From contig NW_027590141.1 in assembly GCF_964213995.1 (NCBI RefSeq), positions 186,001 through 250,000 of the forward strand: a stretch of 64,000 nucleotides of DNA, in the 5' to 3' direction. Shown one piece after another: positions 12,186 to 25,270 of this stretch. Numbering within the stretch: the stretch's first letter is position 1; every line of letters starts with the position of its first letter. A program made the position numbers and the translations under genes. The notes under the pieces were generated by a model. The model had not been told where the DNA came from and made no database searches. It was given only the letters and a program-made list of their open reading frames with translations. This stretch comes from Mustelus asterias. Its lineage: Eukaryota.

Positions 12186-12354
12186 GAAAACATGTACCAA
12201 ACGACTCAAGAACAACTTCTTCCGACTGTCATGTTTGAATGGTCCTATCATATATTAAGCTGATCTTTCTCTTCACCCTACCTGTACCCGCACCCTATCC
12301 TTTCCTTCTCCCCATGTACTCCATGAAAGGTATGCTTTGTCCTAACTGTATGCT

Positions 12355-12660
12355 AACTGTCCTGGCTGGAGACAATACACATCTCTTTAACCTGTGCTTA
12401 ACCCTTTCTCCACTCACATTATCTGTACCTTTAAAGACTTGATTACCTGTAAAGACTCGCATTCCAATCATTATTTTGTAAATTGAGTTTGTGTCTTTAT
12501 ATGCCCTGTTTGTGAACAGAACTCCCACTTACGTGATGAAGGAGCAGTGCTCCAAAACCTAGTGGCTTGTGCTACCAAATAAACCTGTTGGACTTTAACC
12601 TGGTGTTGTGAGACTTCTTACTGTGTTTACCCCAGTCCAACACCGGCATCTCCACATCTT
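12355..12660 (+). mobile_element. PLE 3' region with decayed hammerhead core
   Basis: GTGATGAAGGAGCAGTGCTCCAAAA followed by the AATAAACCTGTTGGACTTTAACC tail. Confidence 0.65.
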
Positions 12661-12799
12661 GGAAATATATCGCCGTTCCTTCGCAGTCGCTGGGTCAAAA
12701 TGCTGGAATTCCCTCCCTACCAGCAGGGTGGATGTACTTGCACAACATGGACTGCAGTGGGTTCAGGTCCCATACATCACAAAGGTAGACACTCCTGCG

Positions 12800-13460
12800 C
12801 CCCCTACAAACATGGCGATCGCACCTGCACCCTGTTGCACATTGCCCCTCACAAAGATGCCGGCCGCACTTGCGCACTGATAGACATTGCCACCGACAGA
12901 TTGACGGCCGTCAGCCCAGGCCCAACACGACAAGTTGCGCCTCCAATTTGGTACCAACAGGACGCCCGGAAAGTTTGAGTTTGGGTTTGAGTTTGAACAA
13001 CATGTTTACGAAGCCTCTCCACCCACCCGCCACATTCACCTCTCTCGACGCGCCGCCCTTTACCTTGAACTGATCTCGGATTCGAGTTAAAACCGTCCGT
13101 CCGCCGCCATTAACCGCACTGCGCATGCTTCAGACCCCTCCCCCTATTCACGCTGGTTGGAGGACCAGCCGCTCCCGCTCGGTCCTCCAGCTCCGCCCCC
13201 TTTTTCTATTGGTCCGGAGCTGCCGTCAATCAGTCCCCGGGCATTGTGACGTTGGGCATGCGCAGTGCGGCTCATGTCCAGGGACAGGCGCTTGTTTGTC
13301 TGATCTTCAGGCGGGGAGGAGGCGGATAAGCGGAGGCAGCGTTCGGGGCAGTGGGTGGGAGGGGAGGCTTCAACACCCCCAATAAGGAACTAGCGGCACC
13401 GCCTCGACACCCAACACAACGGCAGCTGCAGCGCTTTCTCCCGGGGCCAGGACCCAGTGG
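12800..13460. promoter_or_regulatory. CpG island, probable promoter between ZNF C (-) and ZNF D (+)
   Basis: High CpG content, NRF1-like TGCGCATG (13120) and GCATGCGCA (13257), CCAAT and GC boxes. Confidence 0.6.
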
Positions 13461-13669
13461 ACAAATGTGGCTTCAGGAAGGAAATGCAGCAATGGGTTTG
13501 ATTTGATTTATTGTCACATGTATTGGGATACAGTGAAAAGTATTGTTTCTTGCGCGGTATACAGACAAAGCATACTGTTCATAGAGTACATAGGGGAGTA
13601 GGAAAGGAGAGAGTGCAGAAAGGGTGAAGAGAAAGATCAGCTTAATATGAGGTCGGTCCATTCAAAAGG

Positions 13670-14700
13670 AGGAGGCTTTGGAGAGGGTACAGAAAAGATT
13701 TACCAGGATGTTGCCTGGTGTGGAGGGCATTAGCTATGAGGAGAGGTTGGAGAAACTTGGTTTGTTCTCACTGGAACAACGGAGGTTGAGGAGTGACCTG
13801 ACAGAAGTCTACACGATTATGAGGGGCATGGACAGAGTGGATAGTCAGAAGCTTTTTCCCAGGATGGAAGAGTCAATTACTAGGGGGCACAGGTTTAATG
13901 TGTGAGGGGTAAGGTTTAAAGGAGATGTACGAGACAGGTTTTTTACACAGAGGGTGGTGGGTGCCTGGAACTCGCTGCCGGGGGAGATAGTGGAAGCAGA
14001 TATGATGGTGACTTTTAAGGGGCGTCTTGACAAATACATGAATAGGATGGGAATAGAGGGATATGGTCCCCGGAAGGGTAGGGGGTTTTAGTTAAGTCGG
14101 GCAGCATGGTCGGTGCAGGCTTGAAAGGTCAAAGGGCCTGTTCCTGTGCTGTAATTTTCTTTGTTCTTTGTTTGTAAAAGTCTGGTGGCAGCAGGGAAGA
14201 AGCTGTTCTTGAGTCGGTTGGTTTGTGACCTCAGACTTTTGTATCTTTTTCCCGACGGAAGAAGATAGAAAAGAGAATGTCCAGGATACGTGGGGTCCTT
14301 GATTATGCTGGCTGCTTTTCTGAGGCAATAGGAAATGTAGACAGTGTCAATGGATAAGAGGCTGATTTGCGTGATGGACTGGGCCACATTCACACCCCTT
14401 CTAGTTTTTTGCACTCTTGGTCAGAGCAGCAGCAACACCAAGCTGTGATACAACTGGATGGGATGCTTTCTGTGGTGTCCCTGTAAAAATTGGTGAGAGT
14501 CGTAGCTGACATGTCGACATGTTGAATTTCCTTAGCCTCCTGAGAAAGTCGAGGCGTTGGTGGGCTTTCTTAACTAAAGCAGCAGTATAGAGGGACCAGG
14601 ACAGGTTGTTGTGATCTGAACACCGAGAAACTTGAGCTCTCAACCATTTCCACTTTGTCACCATTGATGTAGACAGGGCATGTCTTCCACTACATTGCCT
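13670..14700. mobile_element. CR1 3' end (13670-14172, +) nested in a Rex1/Babar-like LINE (-; also 13500-13665)
   Basis: ERVQKRFTRMLPG (CR1); KKAHQRLDFLRRLRKF and KAASIIKDP..PGH..F.LLPSG.RY.S (Rex1-like). Confidence 0.75.
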
Positions 14701-15577
14701 GAAATTTTGTAGATATTCCAGTGATAGTTGGAAGAAGTCCATGCTGACTCTCTGTACATCAATCCACTCAGTCCCATTTCCCCTCCATAACTCTTTTCCC
14801 TTTTTAATTTCTTCACACCTATCTGATTTATTTTTCAAATCATTGATCATTTCTGATTCCACCATGCACAGAAGCAGTGAGGTCAGGTTGTGACAACTCG
14901 TGAATAAAATTGTTCTTCACATCTCCTTTCTATTGCTGATCAAATAATATGTTTAGTAATGTGGACATTGGCTAGTAGCCTGTATGAAGATTTTCAGGTC
15001 TCTTTGTACTGGACGGGAGCATAGGTCTGTCAATCAGCCTGAATCAGCACCTTCAGGAGAATTGGGAGGGTGTATATTAGGTACAGCAGAGTGAGATTGG
15101 AGGGAGAGTGTGTGGGACGGAGATTTACAACCTTAGGGAATGAGAAAGCAAAGAATATTCCATGGAAACTAGAATTGTCTGTTTTGAATTTCAGTTCTAT
15201 ACTTACACTGATAACTTCGATAAACAGGATATTAGAAGGAGAGAATTTACAGACTGAAATCTCACACCAAACGTCACAACAAGATGTTACAAAGTCACTG
15301 GATTCATCAGGACCTGAATATAATTGCCGTTTGAATGTATGAGAAGAAATGTTTGTTTGTTCTGTCTGTGGGAAAAGATTTCAAACATCAGTGTGACTGG
15401 ACAAGAATGGAGACCCCACACACCTGAGTGAGAGTGTTCCAGTGAACTGACTGTGGAAAGAGCTTCAACCAGTAACACAGCCTGAAAAACATCACCCCAT
15501 TCACAGCGAGGAGAAACTGTACATACGTTCTGTACTTGGATGTGGAATCAACTGATTATCAAAAGGACACTGGCACC

Positions 15578-16588
15578 ATGGAGAGACCATGGAAGTGTGG
15601 GGACTGTGGGAAGGGATTCCAGTGCTCATCTGCACTGGACACACATCGACGAGTTCGTACTGGGGAGAGGCCGTTCATCTGCTCCGTGTGTAGGAAGGGA
15701 TTCAGTATATCAACCACCCTGCTGAGACACCAGCGAGTTCACTCTGGGGAGAGGCCGTTCACCTGCTCTGTGTGTGGGAAGGGATTCACTCAGTTATCCA
15801 CCCTGCTGAGACACCAGCGAGTTCACTCTGGGGAGAGGCCGTTCACCTGCTCTGTGTGTGAGAAAGGATTCACTCAGTTATCCAGCCTGCTGACACATCA
15901 GCGAGTTCACACCGGGGAGAGGCCTTTCACCTGCTCAGACAGTGGGAAAGGATTCAGTGATCGTTCCACCCTGTGAAGGCACCAGCGAGTTCACCCTGGA
16001 GAGAGGCCGTTCCCTTGCTGTGTGTGTGGGAAGGGATTCAGTCATTCATCCACCCTGCAGACACACCATGTCACTCAAACGAATGGGAGACCGTTTAAAT
16101 GCTCAGACTGTGGGCGTAGCTTCAAAAGCTCTCAGACTCTGATGGGCCACCAGCGCATTCACACTGAGGACAGACCGTTGAGTTGCTCTTACTGCGTGAA
16201 GAGACTTAGAACATCATCCCAACTGCTAATACACCAGCGAGTTCACACTGGGGAGACACCCTTCACCTGCTCTGTGTGCGGGAAGGGTTTCAGTCATTCA
16301 TCCACCCTGCTGGCACACCAGCGAGTCCATACTGGGGAGAGGCCATTCACTTGCTCTGACTGTGGGAAGGGATTCACTCAGATCTCCAATCTGCTCACAC
16401 ACCAGCGAGTTCACACTGGGGAGAGGCCGTTCACTTGCTCTGACTTTGGGAAGGGATTCACTCAGATCTCCAATCTGCTCACACACCAGCGAGTTCACTC
16501 TGGGGAGAGGCAGGTCAGCTGCTCCCAGTGTGGGAATAGATTTAAACGGTCGTCTCACTTGCTGAGACACCAGCGAATTCACAAGTGA
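15578..16588 (+). pseudogene. ZNF D, 12 finger units, in-frame TGA at 15974-15976
   Basis: ORFs 15536-15976 and 16022-16588 are in the same frame. Several Cys/His losses (CSDS, CSDF, HRRVR). Acceptor at 15228. Confidence 0.8.
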
Positions 16589-16751
16589 TTACAGGAGTTG
16601 GATTCTGCTGTTAATCACATCCAGGACTGAACCATGTTTACTCTGACAGTGTAAGCCCTTCAGAGGGCTTCTGTCTGCTCACTGTCTGGTCTCATGGCTT
16701 TCCTTCAAGTGGGCTGATGTTATTTGAGCCAGGGAGAGCACATTTCCACCA

Positions 16752-17091
16752 GGGTGGCGTGATGGCAGAGTGGTTAGCACTGCTACCTCACAGAGGCAGG
16801 AAACCCGGGTTCCATTCTGGTCTTGGGTCACTGTCTGTATGGAGTTGCACATTCTCCCCGTATCTGTGTGGGTTTCCTCTGGGTGCCTAGATTTTGTCCC
16901 ACAGTCCGAAGATGGTTGGGTGGATTAACCGTGCTAAATTGTCCCTTTGTCACCAAAGATATTGAGGTTGTGTGGGTTACAGGGAGAAATGGGTGAGAGG
17001 GCTTGGGTAGGATACTCTTTTTAGAGAGTCGGTGCAAACCCGATGGACCAAATGGCCTCCTTCTGCACTGTCGGAGTTCTTTTATGATTCT
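16752..17091 (+). mobile_element. Full-length HE1/V-SINE-like SINE
   Basis: tRNA head, core GGAGTTGCACATTCTCCCCG and CR1-like 3' end GATGGACCAAATGGCCTCCTTCTGCACTG. Confidence 0.85.
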
Positions 17092-17539
17092 AAATGATCC
17101 ACATCTCTAGGTAGATCTAAAATACATTTGGTTGACGTTCCATTGAGTCTACAGCACAGGGCAAGGCCGATCGGCTCAATAGGTCTGTGTCAGTATTGAT
17201 GTTCCACCTCTTCATCTCCCCCCATCAGCATATCCTTCTATTCCTTTCTCCCTCATGTATGTATCCAGCTTCCCCTTCAATGTATTCACGCTATTGACCT
17301 CAACCAATCGCTGTGGTCGTGAGTTCCACATTCTTGTCACCTTCCTTATTCCTGGAACCATTCTGATAAATCTCTTCTCCACCTTCACAAGGACCCTCAC
17401 ATCCTTCCTAAAGTGTAATGATCAGAACTGGGCTCCGTATCCTGTTGTGGCCTCACCCACAGCTTTAGAAACTATCAGTGTAACTTCCTTGCTTTTGTTC
17501 TCAATTCCTCGATTTCTGAAACCCAAGACCCCAGATAAT

Positions 17540-19400
17540 GGAAACAGGAACATCAGACTGTTTTGCTAGAATGTAAAATGCGTTTTAACAACATTCTTAA
17601 AATGGCTAAAGAAAATTTTGACCAATGAAGGAATGAGTTGTTGACACAAACAGAAACCATTTTGACCTTGCTCTCTCCAAAAGAGAATCCAGAATGTTTG
17701 AGTCTGGGAAATGAAATTAAAAATGAAGCTCCAGCTATAACTGAGCTGGAAGAAGACAGTTTCAATGTGGAATTGAGTGGAATTTTCTCTCTGGATTTAA
17801 ACAATGGAGGAACTGCAAACATGGAAGAAAATAAATTTCAAAATGTGAACTCTGAACAGACTGTTTTCAAAATAGAACTTGAAAATTCACAAATGAACAG
17901 CAATGAAGACTCTCCTTTTGCAGGAGGAACTTTGGACTATAATTATTGAAAGAAGAAAAGTTTCAGAAAAGACTGCAAGCAGTAATTTCCATCTTCAGTG
18001 GACTGAGATTTCTGGACATGGAACCCAGCAGTGTGCTGTTACCAAGCTGGACTTGTGACTGTGAAGTGGACAATGGAGGGATTATTATGTCTATTGCAGG
18101 TTATAAGATAGATCAACATAGGAAAACAGTGGATTTAGGAACAGGAGGATGCCATTTGGCCCTTCGAGCCTGCTCCACCATTCAATAAGATCATGGCTGT
18201 TGTTAAGATATACAGCATGTTGTATATTGTAATATTCTAACTGGGATATTATGAAGGTGATACATTTCCATTTCTTCCTGTTTTTGTTACAAAAATCTAA
18301 TTTCATAATTCCTATGTTTTAGAAATATGAATTAGTTGCAAGAATTGCTTTTAAAAAATGGAAAACCTGGATTGAGAATCTGATGAAAACACCCTCACGG
18401 AATTCGCAGTCACAAAGCATGGCCCATGTTGGTTTAAGAAGTCAAAACTCGAGAGGTAAGAACTGTAAAAGGTCAGCTGGATCTTTTAGCTGGAGACATT
18501 GAGTCTGACAATTATTGTACTGTTTTTGTCAGGTGAATTCTTCATGCAGACCTCAGGGAAAAAGGGTTTAGTTTTGAAGCTAAATATCTGTCAGATATTC
18601 CACCTGGTCTCTGTTACCATGGGGATATGTGATTGAGGGTGGAGCCTTGGTTAGAATTAGACCATAAGATATAGGAGCAGAATTAGGCTATTCGGCCCAT
18701 CGAATCTGCTGTGCCATTCGATCATGGCTGATAAATCTCAATCCCAGTCTCCTGCCTTTTCCCCGTAACCTTTGAGTCCTTTCCAATCAATGACCTGGTT
18801 CCACAGATAGACAGCGGACAGTCTGCAGTTAGCTTGGAAGCCACCAGTTGTGGGACCAGGAGCTGTGAACCAGCTGTGGGACTAGAAGCCTCGAGGACCA
18901 TTAGAAACCAGGGGTGTTTCCAACATTTAAATCCCTCAGCAAGAATGCAGTGAAGCTCATGTTTGGACTGAGGAGTCCACAGTTTGAGAGCTTAAAGGAA
19001 AATTGGAGGCTTGTTTCGTGAAAAGATAATGGATGGACTCACATAAACTCTTGGAGCTTGGAGAATATCTGGAGTACTGGGGAGAATTAAAGTGAATTGT
19101 GGAGAGCTTTGACATACCTTTGGGAGGTCCTAGGAACAGAAGTGAATGAACCTTCAAGATATCATTAAGTATAAAGAAACTCTTGGGGTGAGGTAAAAAA
19201 ATAGAACTAGGTTTATATCATAAATCTTTATTGAGTGTAGTATTCAATTTGTAGTGTTGTCTTTTTAAATTTTATTTAAACATACAGTAAAGTTTGTTTT
19301 TGTTTAACAATGTGGAATCTTGTGATGTAATTCTTTCAGTTAATCACTGGGTGTTCGAATTTCTCTGCAAACGTTAACAGTCCTGACCGGGATCGCAAAA
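17540..19400 (+). mobile_element. Degenerate LTR-element 3' internal region and LTR (with nested LINE tails)
   Basis: Decayed ORF, PPT-like TGGAGGGGA at ~18075, and LTR-end-like CTGACCGGGATCGCAA at ~19390. Confidence 0.4.
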
Positions 19401-19739
19401 ATTCACACAAACAGTGTTTCAAAACAAATCGAAGAGAAAGATGTTTTTTCTTCTTCAGTACAAACGTTACACATGAAGAAACCCTCTTCTGGTATCTCCA
19501 ATAATTTGTTGCTTCGAGCAATTCTTTTCATGGAACAATCAGATAATTGATGACTGAAAATGGAACTAATTGTATCCCTTTAAAGCAGGAGGGCGATCGC
19601 CCGGCACAGAGGGTAATTAGGGATTTCTCCCATAGACCAATTGACAGGGATTCTACCCTCCAACCACCTGAAGTGAATTCTTTACATGAATCATCCGTGC
19701 CAGTGCAGTTATCAACTTGCAGTTTGGTTGATCAGAAAA

Positions 19740-19990
19740 TGCTTTGTTGCTGATTTTCCTTGTGTTAGGAAGTGACAATGCCAAGGCCAGATCTTGTTTC
19801 CTCCTTGATCGGGATGTAACCCGTGTCCACATCGCCACTTCATTCTTCCACTGGTTGTATGGTTCAGACTCTGAGAGCATCAGCAGGTAATCAGACCCTG
19901 ACAATTCCCACTGCCTTTCAGTCATTTCTCACAAAAGCTGCTGGGATTGGAAGCTTCTGTCTGAAATATACTTTCTTTTAGTTTCCAACC
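19740..19990 (-). mobile_element. LTR-retrotransposon gag 5' fragment (possibly GalEa/copia-like)
   Basis: SESEPYNQWKNEVAMWTRVTS..RKQDLALALSLP motif. Confidence 0.55.
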
Positions 19991-20254
19991 TTCACCATTA
20001 GACAAGCATTTTGTGTTACCATGTTATAATCCTGACAGCCTTGGGGTGGAGTCAATCTTTATTTTGTCTAGATTTGTTCACAGAATCAAACATTACAGGT
20101 TCAACTCTGACTCCAAGCTATATTAGTGAGTCCCACTTTTTACCTGCTCATTATAACTATCTAATCAGTGCCCTCCATCTGAATAAACTTCACCTCTATT
20201 GATATAATTAACAGCCACAGTCAGAGCATCCAAAAGGTCACTAATGGGTGTGAC

Positions 20255-21522
20255 TGCCATGGTGCCTCAGCAGCTTGGGTGAACAAGTGAATCCTTTTCC
20301 ACACACTGAGCAGGTGAATGGTCTCAGTTTGGAAACTAAGGGAAAATAAAATTTCAGGCAGAAGCTTCCAATCTGGTAGGTTTTATGAGAAATCGCTGAA
20401 AGTGAGTGGGAATGATCAGGGTCTCTCCCCAGTGTGAATTCCCTGATGTTTCAGGAGGTCAGATGATGTTCTAAACCTCTTTGCACAGTGAGAGTGCCTG
20501 AACGGGGTCTCCTCAGGGTGAATGCGCTGGTCGACCCTGAGGTAGGCTCAGGTTTTAAAGCAGCTCCCACAGTCAGAGCATTGAACAGGTTTCTTATTGG
20601 GGTCAGTGCCTCAGTATTCCAGCAGACTGGATGATTGACTGAGTCACTTCACACACACACATCAGATGAATGGCCTTTCCCCAGTGTGTAATCCTTTGTG
20701 TCTCAGCAGACTAGATAATTGAGTGAATCCCTTCCCACACTCGGAGCAGATGAATGGCCTCGGCCCAGTGTGAATGCGTTGGTTTGTCAGTGGGAGGGAT
20801 GAGTGAGTGAATCCCTTCCCACGCTCTGAGCAGGGGAACAGTCCCTCACCCGTGTGAAATCGCTGGTGGTTCTGCAGGGTAGATGACTGAGTGAATCCCT
20901 TTCCACACACACAACAGGTGAATGGTCTCTCCCCATTGTGAACCCGCTGGTGTGTCAGCACGGCAGACGAATCGCTGAATTTCTTCCCACACTCAGAGCA
21001 GTTGAATGGCCTCTCCCTGATGTGAAGTCGCTGGTGATTCCTCAGGGTGGATGAATCACGAAATCCCCTTCCAAACTCAGAGCAGGTGAACGGTGTCTCC
21101 ACAGTGTGGCTGCATCGAAGGGTTTCCAGCTTCTAGGGACAATTGAATCCCTTCCCCCAGTCCCTACATTTCCATGGTCTGCGTGTCTTTGTACATCTCC
21201 AGGTTCAGATGAAGGTTTGACCCCACAGATAACACATACATGGTCTCTCCTCACTGTGAATCCTTCAATCTTTTCCAGGCTGTGTAACTGGTTAAAGCTC
21301 TTTCCACAGTCAGTTCACTGGAATACTCTCACTCGAGTGAATGTGTCTCAGTGATTTTCTAGTCACACTGATGTTTAAACAGTTTGAAGGAACAGACAAA
21401 CATTTTCCATTCTAGTTTCAAATGCCGATGGTATTCAGATCCTGAATAATTGGGTGACTCTGTCAGGTCCTAACGTCATGTTTGTTGAGATTTGTGTCTG
21501 TAAATTCTCCCCTTCTAGTAGC
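20255..21522 (-). pseudogene. ZNF E, heavily degenerate
   Basis: ORF 20662-21102 fingers plus decayed fingers on both sides. Frameshifts and an insertion at 20326-20424. Acceptor TTTCACAG|GCTACT at 21522. Confidence 0.8.
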
Positions 21523-22213
21523 CTGTGAAAGAAATTCACAAGAACCATTGCTGCCAGTCCAGGATAAAAACTCAGAATAGACAATTCTGGTTTCTGTGAA
21601 ACATTCTTTCCTCTCATCCTTGAAAATTTGTAAATCTCCATCCCAAACACTCTCCCTCCATTCTCACTTTGCTGGACCTGAAATAGACATTGTCCTGAGG
21701 GTGCTGATTCATCCTAATCGACAGATCCGTGCTGACTGTTTCATGTACAGGACACATATTCCTGAAATCTTCACACAGGGTTGTGTCTAAGCATATAGAA
21801 AATTTGCATATTTAGTGGACTAAAAATGTATGCAATATTCAGCACTCTATTACATGATTAGAGATACAGATGGGTGCGGAAGAACATGACTTGGGGAGCA
21901 AGCAATCATGTTCTGGAACTCACTGACAATGAGAGTGGTGGAAGTGGAGACGACCAGTGATTTCAAAATAAATTTGGTCAGGCACTTGAAGGAATTAAAC
22001 GTACTGGGGAACAGGGATATCGAGGAAAAATGGCACTGAGTGGATTCCCCGACAGAGACTTGGCACAGAGTCAAGCTGCTGAATTGATTTATCTTGTGCT
22101 CTGCTGACTCTCTGACTGGAAAATATACAGAGTAGTTACAATACTATTCTGGAATTAAACACAATCAACTGTAATACAAATCCATAAATAACAAACCTAA
22201 TATGCACCATATA

Positions 22214-22414
22214 GTAAGAAGTCTCACAACACCAGGTTAAAGTCCAACAGGTTTATTTGGAATCACAAGCTTTCAGAGCGCTGCCCCTTCATCAGGTGAG
22301 AAGGAGCAGCGCTCTGAAAGCTTGTGATTCCAAATAAACCCATTGGACTTTAACCAGGTGTTGTGAGACTTCTTACTCTGCCCACCTCAGTCCAACACCG
22401 GCATCTCCACATCT
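22214..22414. mobile_element. PLE inverted tail pair with hammerhead core and 13-bp TSD
   Basis: TSD TATGCACCATATA at 22201 and 22415. Minus strand reads TCAC-CTGATGA-AGGGGC-AGC-GCTCT-GAAA-GCTT-GTGA. Confidence 0.75.
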
Positions 22415-22779
22415 TATGCACCATATAACAACACCAGACATATCAATGTTGTTACGATCCTCATGGTCACCTTATAATAAACACATTCCCACAAATCCCA
22501 ATGGAATAAACTGAAAGACAATGTTTCATTTTTTAAAAATTTTACTTTAAAAATTAATCTAAAATTAACATCACTGAATCATGCATTAAGAAACAGTATT
22601 TGAATAGACAGGATAAATTACACTTTACAAAGTTCAGACAATAAAAACAGGTTCCACAAAATCACAAACATTTTCTCCCTCAGTATATTTAGCTCTCATT
22701 CCAGTTCCAGAGAATTTCTCTGTCTCTGTATTTCCCAGGAGAGAAAGAAAGTGTTTTCCTCACAGATGTGCCCAGAGGA

Positions 22780-22984
22780 TGAAGTTTGAGTCTGTGGTGA
22801 AGTTTGAGTCTGTGTGTGAAGTTTAAGTCTGTGGTGAAGTTTGAGTCTGTGGTGAAGTTTGAGTCTGTGGTGAAGTTTGAGTCTGTGGTGAAGTTTGAGT
22901 CTGTGTGTGAAGTTTGAGTCTGTGGTGAAGTTTGAGTCTGTGGTGAAGTTTGAGTCTGTGGTGAAGTTTGAGCCTGTGGTGAAG
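22780..22984 (+). repeat. 18-bp minisatellite (TGAAGTTTGAGTCTGTGG) x11
   Basis: Eleven direct units; 19-bp variants at units 2 and 7. Confidence 0.95.
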
Positions 22985-23145
22985 CTACAAACAGAAGCTG
23001 TGCTGTTTCAAATCAAACTGCGGGACTTGGAAGAAAATGCTGGGAAGAGATTTTGCAATCCTCCCAGGCAGCGTACTCCAGACTGTCACCGCCCTCTGGG
23101 TAAACAGGCTTTCCTCACATTCCCCCGAAACCTCCTGTCCCTCAC

Positions 23146-23620
23146 CTAGAACCTATTTTGCCTCATGACTGACCCTTCAATTAAGGGGAATAGCTGCTCT
23201 TTATCCACTCTGTCCGTGTATCTCATAATCTTGTACACCTCGATCAGGTCGCCCCTCAGTTTTCTCTGCTCCAACGAAAACAAGCCAAGCCTACCCAACC
23301 TTGCTTCATAACTTAAATGTTCTATCCCAGGTAGTATCCTGGTAAATATCTTCTGCACCCCCTGCATTGCAATCACATCCTTCCGAGAATGTGGCGACCT
23401 GAACTGCACACGGTACTCAAGCTGTGGCCTCACCAAAGTTCTGCACAGTTCCAACATGAGTTCCCTGCTTTTGCAACCTATGTCATGATTGACAAAGTGA
23501 AGTGTCACGTACGCCCTTTTCACCACCCTACTAACATCCCCTTCCTCTTTCAGACATCTGTGGACAAACACGCCAAGTTCCCTTCGTTCCACAGAACACA
23601 AACTACCAAACTTGATGGTC
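23146..23620 (-). mobile_element. CR1 3' fragment
   Basis: LVRPQLEYRVQF..LGLFSLEQRKLRGDLIEVYKIM. Confidence 0.85.
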
Positions 23621-25063
23621 ATGTTCTTAACGAGGTCAACACGTTGATTATCAGCCTGTAAATCCTTTCGGTATTGCTGATGGCAGGTGATGGGAACGGA
23701 ACCGATACCTGGTCAACAATACTGCAGAAGTCAATGACAGACCGCTGGAGTACTTTGAAATCACAGAGCGATCAAATGGACATCCATGGTCACCAATGCC
23801 CTCTTCGGGCATGGTAACTGGAAGAGGAGGAGGTGGACGACACAAGAGGCTTAGAGAGTGGACTCTATAAATCAATGTCACTCGGCAATCTGGATAACCA
23901 GGTTTGCGCAACGTTTCTCATCAGTAAACAAACCTTCTTAAAAATAACGGTGTCCAATGATCCTTATTTGTTAACCAACAAAACCACAGTCTAGAAGTGG
24001 AAATGAATAGGGTTGGGAAGCATTTTCCGATCAGGGCCAGTGTGATCTCCTGGACTCGTTTCGATCGCCTCAGGGGGTCGGAGAGGAATTTCCCAGATTT
24101 TTTTTTCCCCATATTGGCCCTGGGGTTTTCACTCTGGGTTTTCGCCTCTCCCTGGAGATCACATGGTCTGGAATGGGCGGGTGGGGGTGAGTTAATAGGT
24201 TGTGATGAACAAAGCATCGTAGCTGTGAGGGACAGCTCGGTGGATAGGATATTAGGATGTAGATAGGCTGGAAAATTGGGCGGGGATCCTGGATTCAGGA
24301 TTCAATCCTGGACCGGGGAGCGGCGCGGGCTTGGAGGGCCGAAGGGCCTGTTCCTGTGCTGTATTGTTCTTTGTTCTTTGTTCTTCCATTATAAGTTAAT
24401 GTATGTACTTGAAACTTTGATTAAATTAACCCGTCAGCCCTGCTTCGATAGCACCTTCGAAATCCGGAATCTCTTTCATCTCTGAGGAGAAGAGGAACAG
24501 ATGCACAAGAACACCACATTCTGCGGCACCACTTCAAGCCACACACCATCCTCATTTTGAACCATATCGCCGTTCCTTGCGTCAACATTCTGGAAATCGT
24601 TTTCTGCTTAGGATTACAGGCAGAGTACAACCAATTAGAAAAGTATGGAAGGAGAAATGAAAGAAAGTGAGACATTACGAGTGCGAAATACAAAGCCAAC
24701 TGATGGGGGGAGGACAGAAAGGAAGAGATTCAGAAATGACACAGAATGCACTGTTCTTTCAATTTATTTATATTTCCCTAGCGTGTGTTTACATAGTTGA
24801 ATTGTTTGAAAACACGTCTCTCAATAAAAGACCGCTGGAGTCTGCCCATCGACAACCTTGCACTTGCGGACAGTGTCACGTACCCTGAGTCACCGTCAGA
24901 GGGCGCAGTCGTCACATGTTTCTCCAAACTTGAAATGACACGGACAATGTCTCTGGTACCATTGGCATACCGCTGCTATTGGCAACAAAGTCCACAGTCT
25001 ATTTTTTCTGCTCTGTGTCGCCCCCTCTCTCTGGCCCACCTCACGTGTCCTGCATTACTAAAT

Positions 25064-25270
25064 GAGCGGCACGGTGGCACAGTGGTTATCATTGCTGCCT
25101 TACAGCGCAAGGAACCCAGATACAATTCCGGCCTTGGATGACTGTCTGTGCGGAGTTTGCACGTTCTCTCCGTGTCTACCTGGGTATTCTCCAGATGCTA
25201 CGGTTTCCTCCCACAGTCCAAAAATTTGCAGGTTAGGTGCATTGGTCATGCTAAATTGCCCCTTAGTGTT
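25064..25270 (+). mobile_element. SINE 5' part
   Basis: GGCACGGTGGCACAGTGGTTATC head plus core. Confidence 0.8.

Noticed and set aside
15974-15976. In-frame TGA in ZNF D as selenocysteine or readthrough
   Set aside because: Probable CGA->TGA decay; the gene has several other Cys/His losses and no SECIS was recognised.
22780-22984. CRISPR-like regular repeats
   Set aside because: Contiguous units without spacers, no cas genes, eukaryotic context.
24855-24930. LALADSVTYPESPSEGAVVTC resembling V FR1
   Set aside because: No acceptor, Trp41, YYC or RSS; probably chance (overlaps a CTCF-like motif).
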